Of a stretch of 64,000 bases of DNA, positions 59,950 through 64,000 are shown in pieces. The notes under the pieces are model-generated. The model had not been told where the DNA came from. It saw nothing but the letters and a program-made list of their open reading frames with translations, and ran no database searches. Made by a program: the position numbers and the translations under genes. The stretch spans positions 78,692-142,691 of the forward strand of contig CAZEWZ010000003.1 of the NCBI GenBank assembly GCA_964516765.1, given 5' to 3'. Each line of letters starts with the position of its first letter. Position 1 is the first letter of the stretch. This DNA comes from an uncultured Cryomorphaceae bacterium. GTDB lineage: Bacteria > Bacteroidota > Bacteroidia > Flavobacteriales > UBA7430.

Positions 59950-61182
59950 TTATTCGTAACGAAGTGCTTCTATAGGATCTAGCTTGGAGGCTTTTATCGC
60001 AGGATAAATTCCAGAGATCAGTCCGACAAACACACAAAGAATAATACCCGCAATGATCCATGCCCACGGGATAACAAAGGCAGAGCCCATTAAGTATGAT
60101 GTCGTGTTACCAAGAAGAATCCCCATAATGATTCCCAATACCCCTCCAAATTGACAGATTAGTACTGCTTCAATAAGGAATTGTTCGCGAATGATTTTTG
60201 GAGTTGCACCAACAGCTTTCCTAGTTCCAATTTCTTTTGTTCTTTCCGTTACACTTACTAACATTATATTCATTAAGGCAATTGCTGCTCCCAAAAGAGT
60301 GATAAAACCAATGAGTGTAGCAGCACTGGTCACATAGTTTAAGTTTTCCATCAATGATTTAGCGAGACTGTCACTCTTTGTTATAGTAAAATTTTGTTCT
60401 TCTTTAGGTCTTATTCTTCGAATGCTTCTAAATATTCCTGTAGCGGAATCGATACAAGCATCAATTTGATTATTGTTTTTTGCCATAACACCAATAGTGA
60501 TTGATTTACTAGACGACATATTGTTTCTAAGGTATGTAATAGGCGCAATACAAGTTCTGTCACCCCCGCCGCCCATACTTGAACCTTTTTCGGCGATTAC
60601 GCCAATTATTTTCATTCGATTGTTATTGACCGAAATAATTTTCCCAACTGCTGTAGGTGAACTATTAAATAGTTGTTTAAATATATCTTGTCCTATTAGA
60701 ACTACATTACTGTTTAAATTTAGGTCTTGTTGATTGATATTTCTTCCCCATTCAATTTCATAGCCTGAGACATAAACATAATTCTCATCACCACCAAAAA
60801 TACTAACATTTGGGTTTGTTTTTCGCGAAGCATATTTTACGGTTGCAGTTTGGGTAGATCTATAAGAAATTGATGTGCTTCCGATTTGTGAAAAACGAGA
60901 TTTAAAATCATAAGCTTCATTGTATGAAATCTTAGGAATTTCTTGAAAACGGTTTTTTCTACTACGAACCCCTCGACTCTGATCTTGAATGGTAAAGGTG
61001 TTGGCTCCCATCATAGAGAAATTATCATTTAGTGAGTGATCAATTGAATCTATAGCTGTAAGAATACCAACTAATGATGCAATTCCAATGGCAATGATCG
61101 AAGCTGTAATAGAGGTTCTCAACAAATGACCCCTAATAGAAGTTAGGGCCATTTTTATATTCTCTTTGAATTTTATATTCAT
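59950..61182 (-). CDS. ABC transporter permease (MacB/FtsX-like)
   Basis: 410 aa: an N-terminal TM helix, a large periplasmic domain and a C-terminal FtsX 3-TM bundle ([14 protein letters not shown]). Confidence 0.85.
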   Translation of the reverse strand: MNIKFKENIKMALTSIRGHLLRTSITASIIAIGIASLVGILTAIDSIDHSLNDNFSMMGANTFTIQDQSRGVRSRKNRFQEIPKISYNEAYDFKSRFSQIGSTSISYRSTQTATVKYASRKTNPNVSIFGGDENYVYVSGYEIEWGRNINQQDLNLNSNVVLIGQDIFKQLFNSSPTAVGKIISVNNNRMKIIGVIAEKGSSMGGGGDRTCIAPITYLRNNMSSSKSITIGVMAKNNNQIDACIDSATGIFRSIRRIRPKEEQNFTITKSDSLAKSLMENLNYVTSAATLIGFITLLGAAIALMNIMLVSVTERTKEIGTRKAVGATPKIIREQFLIEAVLICQFGGVLGIIMGILLGNTTSYLMGSAFVIPWAWIIAGIILCVFVGLISGIYPAIKASKLDPIEALRYE

Positions 61183-61249
61183 TATTTACTAATGCTATTT
61201 TTTCAGATTTTTCTAAGTATTAACAAGAAAGAATATTAGCTCATTTAAT

Positions 61250-62494
61250 TTAATTAGATCTCCTGAAGTTTCCCTTTGAAATCCCTTTTTTTCTTTGATT
61301 CTGTCCGCTGTTTCGATGATTTGCGCCACTTCGCTTCTTTTCAGGTATTTCTTCTACTTCGTCTGAGAATGGATGTGAGTTTACCACAGGAATCTTTTGA
61401 CCAATTAATTTTTGAATGTCCTTTAAATAAGCTCTTTCTTCAATATTACAAAAAGAAATAGCAATTCCAGATCGTTTGGCTCTTCCAGTTCTTCCAATAC
61501 GGTGAACATATGTCTCTGGGATATTGGGTAGGTCGTAATTGATCACTAGTTCTAATTCATCAACATCTATACCTCTTGCAGCAATGTCCGTGGCGATTAG
61601 AACCTTAGTGTCTCTGTTTTTGAAGTTTGCCAAGGCTCGTTGGCGAGCAGCTTGAGACTTATTTCCATGAATAGCTTCAGCTTTTATTCCTGCTTTGTCT
61701 AAAAGTTTAACAATTTTATTTGCTCCGTGTTTTGTTTTTGAAAACACTAATAATGAATCAATTTCATTTTCTTCTAGTATATGAATGAGTAATTTTACTT
61801 TACTTTTTTTACTTACATAATATAAAGCTTGCTCTACTTTTTCTGCTGTAGCTTGCTCAGGATGAATAGTAACTTTTTCAGGGTTTCCTAATATAGATTT
61901 AGATAAACTTAGTATTGATTGTGGCATCGTTGCCGAGAAAAATAATGATTGTCTATCTTTTGGTAATGCTGCTATTATTTTTTTAATATCATGAATAAAC
62001 CCCATGTCTAACATATGATCCGCTTCATCTAAAACGCAATATTTCACCTCTTTCAGGGAAATATAACCTTGATTCATTAAATCCAATAATCTCCCAGGAG
62101 TAGCAACAAGGATATCAATACCACGAGAGAGAGCTTGGGTTTGAGTGCCCTGTTTTACGCCGCCAAAAATAACGGTATTTTTAACGGATGTATGTTGTGC
62201 GTATGTAGTGCAATTCTCTCCAATTTGAATAGCTAATTCACGGGTTGGAGTTACAATGAGGGCTTTTACTTTTCTCCTACCAACCTCTTTATTTCTACCA
62301 TTTTCAATATGTTGAATAATCGGAATAGAGAAGGCCGCAGTTTTTCCAGTCCCAGTTTGGGCACAACCCAAAAGATCTTTTCCTTCTAGAAGAATTGGAA
62401 TGGATTGTTCTTGAATAGGCGTGGGCTTTGTATATCCTTCTGATTCAACAGCCCTAAGGATGGGCTCGATTATTCCGAGTTCTTTAAATGTCAT
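61250..62494 (-). CDS. DEAD-box ATP-dependent RNA helicase with a basic C-terminal tail
   Basis: Q-motif region, [12 protein letters not shown] (VLDEADHML), SAT and HRIGRTGR motifs. Confidence 0.93.
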   Translation of the reverse strand: MTFKELGIIEPILRAVESEGYTKPTPIQEQSIPILLEGKDLLGCAQTGTGKTAAFSIPIIQHIENGRNKEVGRRKVKALIVTPTRELAIQIGENCTTYAQHTSVKNTVIFGGVKQGTQTQALSRGIDILVATPGRLLDLMNQGYISLKEVKYCVLDEADHMLDMGFIHDIKKIIAALPKDRQSLFFSATMPQSILSLSKSILGNPEKVTIHPEQATAEKVEQALYYVSKKSKVKLLIHILEENEIDSLLVFSKTKHGANKIVKLLDKAGIKAEAIHGNKSQAARQRALANFKNRDTKVLIATDIAARGIDVDELELVINYDLPNIPETYVHRIGRTGRAKRSGIAISFCNIEERAYLKDIQKLIGQKIPVVNSHPFSDEVEEIPEKKRSGANHRNSGQNQRKKGISKGNFRRSN

Positions 62495-62514
62495 ATATTT
62501 TTATTTATTGGCAC

Positions 62515-62522
62515 CAAATGTA
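62515..62522 (-). promoter_or_regulatory. TAnnTTTG box for the DEAD-box helicase gene
   Basis: Reverse complement reads TACATTTG, 20 nt before the ATG at 62494. Confidence 0.45.
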
Positions 62523-62628
62523 AGGGAATTGATTGAATAATTAATGATTGTATTGCTTTGTTCATTTTTAAATAAATTCAAGTGAAAAATACCAAATGAA
62601 ATTCGTTTGTCAAATTGATAAAAGCGTG

Positions 62629-62636
62629 TATTTTTG
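62629..62636 (+). promoter_or_regulatory. TAnnTTTG box 5 nt upstream of the guaA ATG
   Basis: TATTTTTG-caggt-ATG(62642). Confidence 0.45.
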
Positions 62637-62641
62637 CAGGT

Positions 62642-64000
62642 ATGCAAGAAAAAATACTTATTCTCGATTTTGGTTCTCAATACACTCAGCTTATTGCCCG
62701 AAGAGTTAGGGAGCTTAATATTTACTGTGAGATTCATCCCTACAACAAAATCCCGAAACTCACGAAAGATCTTAAAGGAGTTATTCTTTCAGGATCTCCT
62801 CATTCTGTTCGAGAAGACGACGCTCCTATTCCCTCATTAGACGGAATTAAAGGAGTAATTCCTTTGCTTGGTATTTGTTATGGAGCTCAGCATCTTGCCT
62901 ATCAATTTGGGGGAGACATACTTCCCTCAAAAATTAGAGAGTATGGTCGTGCCAATTTATCATATGTAGATCATAATAACCCTTTGTTTAAGGACGTTCC
63001 TTTAGATTCTCAGGTTTGGATGAGTCACGGTGATACCATTGCTGTTTTGCCAGAATCTTATCAAGTAATTGCATCCACCCATGATGTAAGTTGCGCCGGA
63101 TATTCGATTCAAAATGAAGAAACTTATGGGCTTCAATTTCATCCTGAAGTCTATCATTCATCGGATGGAGGCAAAATATTATCTAATTTTTTACTAGATA
63201 TTTGTTTTTGTTCGCAGGACTGGACTCCCGCTTCTTTTGTAGATACTACTGTTCAAGATTTGAAGCAGAACCTTGGAAATGATAAGGTTATTTTAGGATT
63301 ATCTGGTGGAGTTGATTCTACCGTTACTGCGATTTTATTACACAAAGCTATCGGGCCTAATTTACATTGTATTTTTGTTGACAATGGATTGCTCAGAAAA
63401 GAGGAATTTTCAAATGTTTTAAAACAGTACGAGGGAATGGGATTAAATGTCACTGGAGTTGATGCAAAATCTCTTTTTTACAGTGCTTTGGAAGGACTAT
63501 CTGATCCTGAGAACAAGCGTAAGGCAATTGGTAAAGCATTTATTGATGTATTTGACCAAGCCTCCCAACATATTAATGATGTACTTTGGTTGGCTCAAGG
63601 TACAATATACCCTGATGTCATAGAATCAGTTTCTGCTTCAGGAGGACCATCTGCTACAATTAAATCTCATCACAATGTGGGTGGTCTTCCCGATTATATG
63701 AAATTAAAAGTCGTAGAACCACTAAATACGCTTTTTAAAGACGAAGTTCGAAGAGTAGGAAAGTCAATGGGCCTGTCTGATCATCTTTTAGGAAGACATC
63801 CTTTTCCAGGACCAGGATTGGCTATTCGTATTTTAGGGGTTGTTACACCGGAAAAGGTATCTATTCTTCAAGAGGTTGACTATATATTTATTCAAGGTTT
63901 AAAAGATTATCAACTTTATGATAGCGTTTGGCAAGCAGGAGCAATGCTGCTTCCAATTCAATCTGTTGGCGTCATGGGTGATGAAAGAACCTATGAACAA
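62642..64000 (+). CDS. guaA: GMP synthase (glutamine-hydrolysing), N-terminal 453 codons; continues past the window end
   Basis: Not in the ORF track because no stop falls in the window. Hand translation gives [36 protein letters not shown]...GICYGAQH (GATase), then [11 protein letters not shown] (ATP-PPase P-loop). Confidence 0.93.
   Translation, partial: MQEKILILDFGSQYTQLIARRVRELNIYCEIHPYNKIPKLTKDLKGVILSGSPHSVREDDAPIPSLDGIKGVIPLLGICYGAQHLAYQFGGDILPSKIREYGRANLSYVDHNNPLFKDVPLDSQVWMSHGDTIAVLPESYQVIASTHDVSCAGYSIQNEETYGLQFHPEVYHSSDGGKILSNFLLDICFCSQDWTPASFVDTTVQDLKQNLGNDKVILGLSGGVDSTVTAILLHKAIGPNLHCIFVDNGLLRKEEFSNVLKQYEGMGLNVTGVDAKSLFYSALEGLSDPENKRKAIGKAFIDVFDQASQHINDVLWLAQGTIYPDVIESVSASGGPSATIKSHHNVGGLPDYMKLKVVEPLNTLFKDEVRRVGKSMGLSDHLLGRHPFPGPGLAIRILGVVTPEKVSILQEVDYIFIQGLKDYQLYDSVWQAGAMLLPIQSVGVMGDERTYEQ

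Noticed and set aside
1-64000. A window-wide search for defence, mobile or secondary-metabolite systems. I looked for Cas genes, restriction-modification systems, toxin-antitoxin pairs, reverse transcriptases, integrases, transposases, phage genes, and NRPS/PKS or RiPP clusters.
   Set aside because: None of the translated ORFs shows the hallmark motifs. Composition and gene packing look uniform, and almost every gene is a recognisable core function. I am not claiming a novel system that I cannot support.

Overview
This 64-kb window is AT-rich (roughly one-third GC by eye) and densely packed. It looks like the chromosomal core of a Bacteroidota genome, most likely a streamlined Flavobacteriia-type one. 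The taxonomic call rests on three things: recurrent TAnnTTTG promoter boxes, little sign of Shine-Dalgarno sequences, and T9SS-type C-terminal sorting domains together with DUF349- and DUF5606-like proteins. I call 53 protein-coding genes, two of them truncated by the window edges and absent from the ORF track (a C1 peptidase at 1-486 and guaA at 62642-64000). Almost all are housekeeping: sppA, uvrB, typA, priA, panB, dnaK, rarA, icd, plsC, ispH, rpsA, pyrR, pyrB, rnz, miaA, cca, tsaC, dapD, ruvX, def, mazG, guaA, two RluA-type pseudouridine synthases, a THUMP RNA methyltransferase and a DEAD-box helicase. I found no rRNA, tRNA, CRISPR array, transposase, integrase, phage gene, restriction-modification system or recognisable defence or toxin module. 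I therefore cannot point to a convincing novel multi-gene system. The observations most worth a second look are listed here. (1) rpsA carries a recently expanded 84-bp (28-aa) Lys-rich tandem repeat as an N-terminal extension. (2) An orphan 494-aa protein has a helical N-terminus and two OB/S1-like C-terminal modules. (3) The priA-epimerase spacer holds an eroded nitroreductase relic. (4) Promoter-box-to-ATG spacing falls into two classes, which predicts several leaderless mRNAs and corrects several ORF-track starts. (5) A tRNA-maturation neighbourhood (rnz, miaA, cca, tsaC) has an embedded protein of unknown function. (6) There are several secreted or T9SS-cargo peptidase genes and a small TagF-like/GT2/LicD glycan module. 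All product calls come from motif recognition by eye, since no searches were run.
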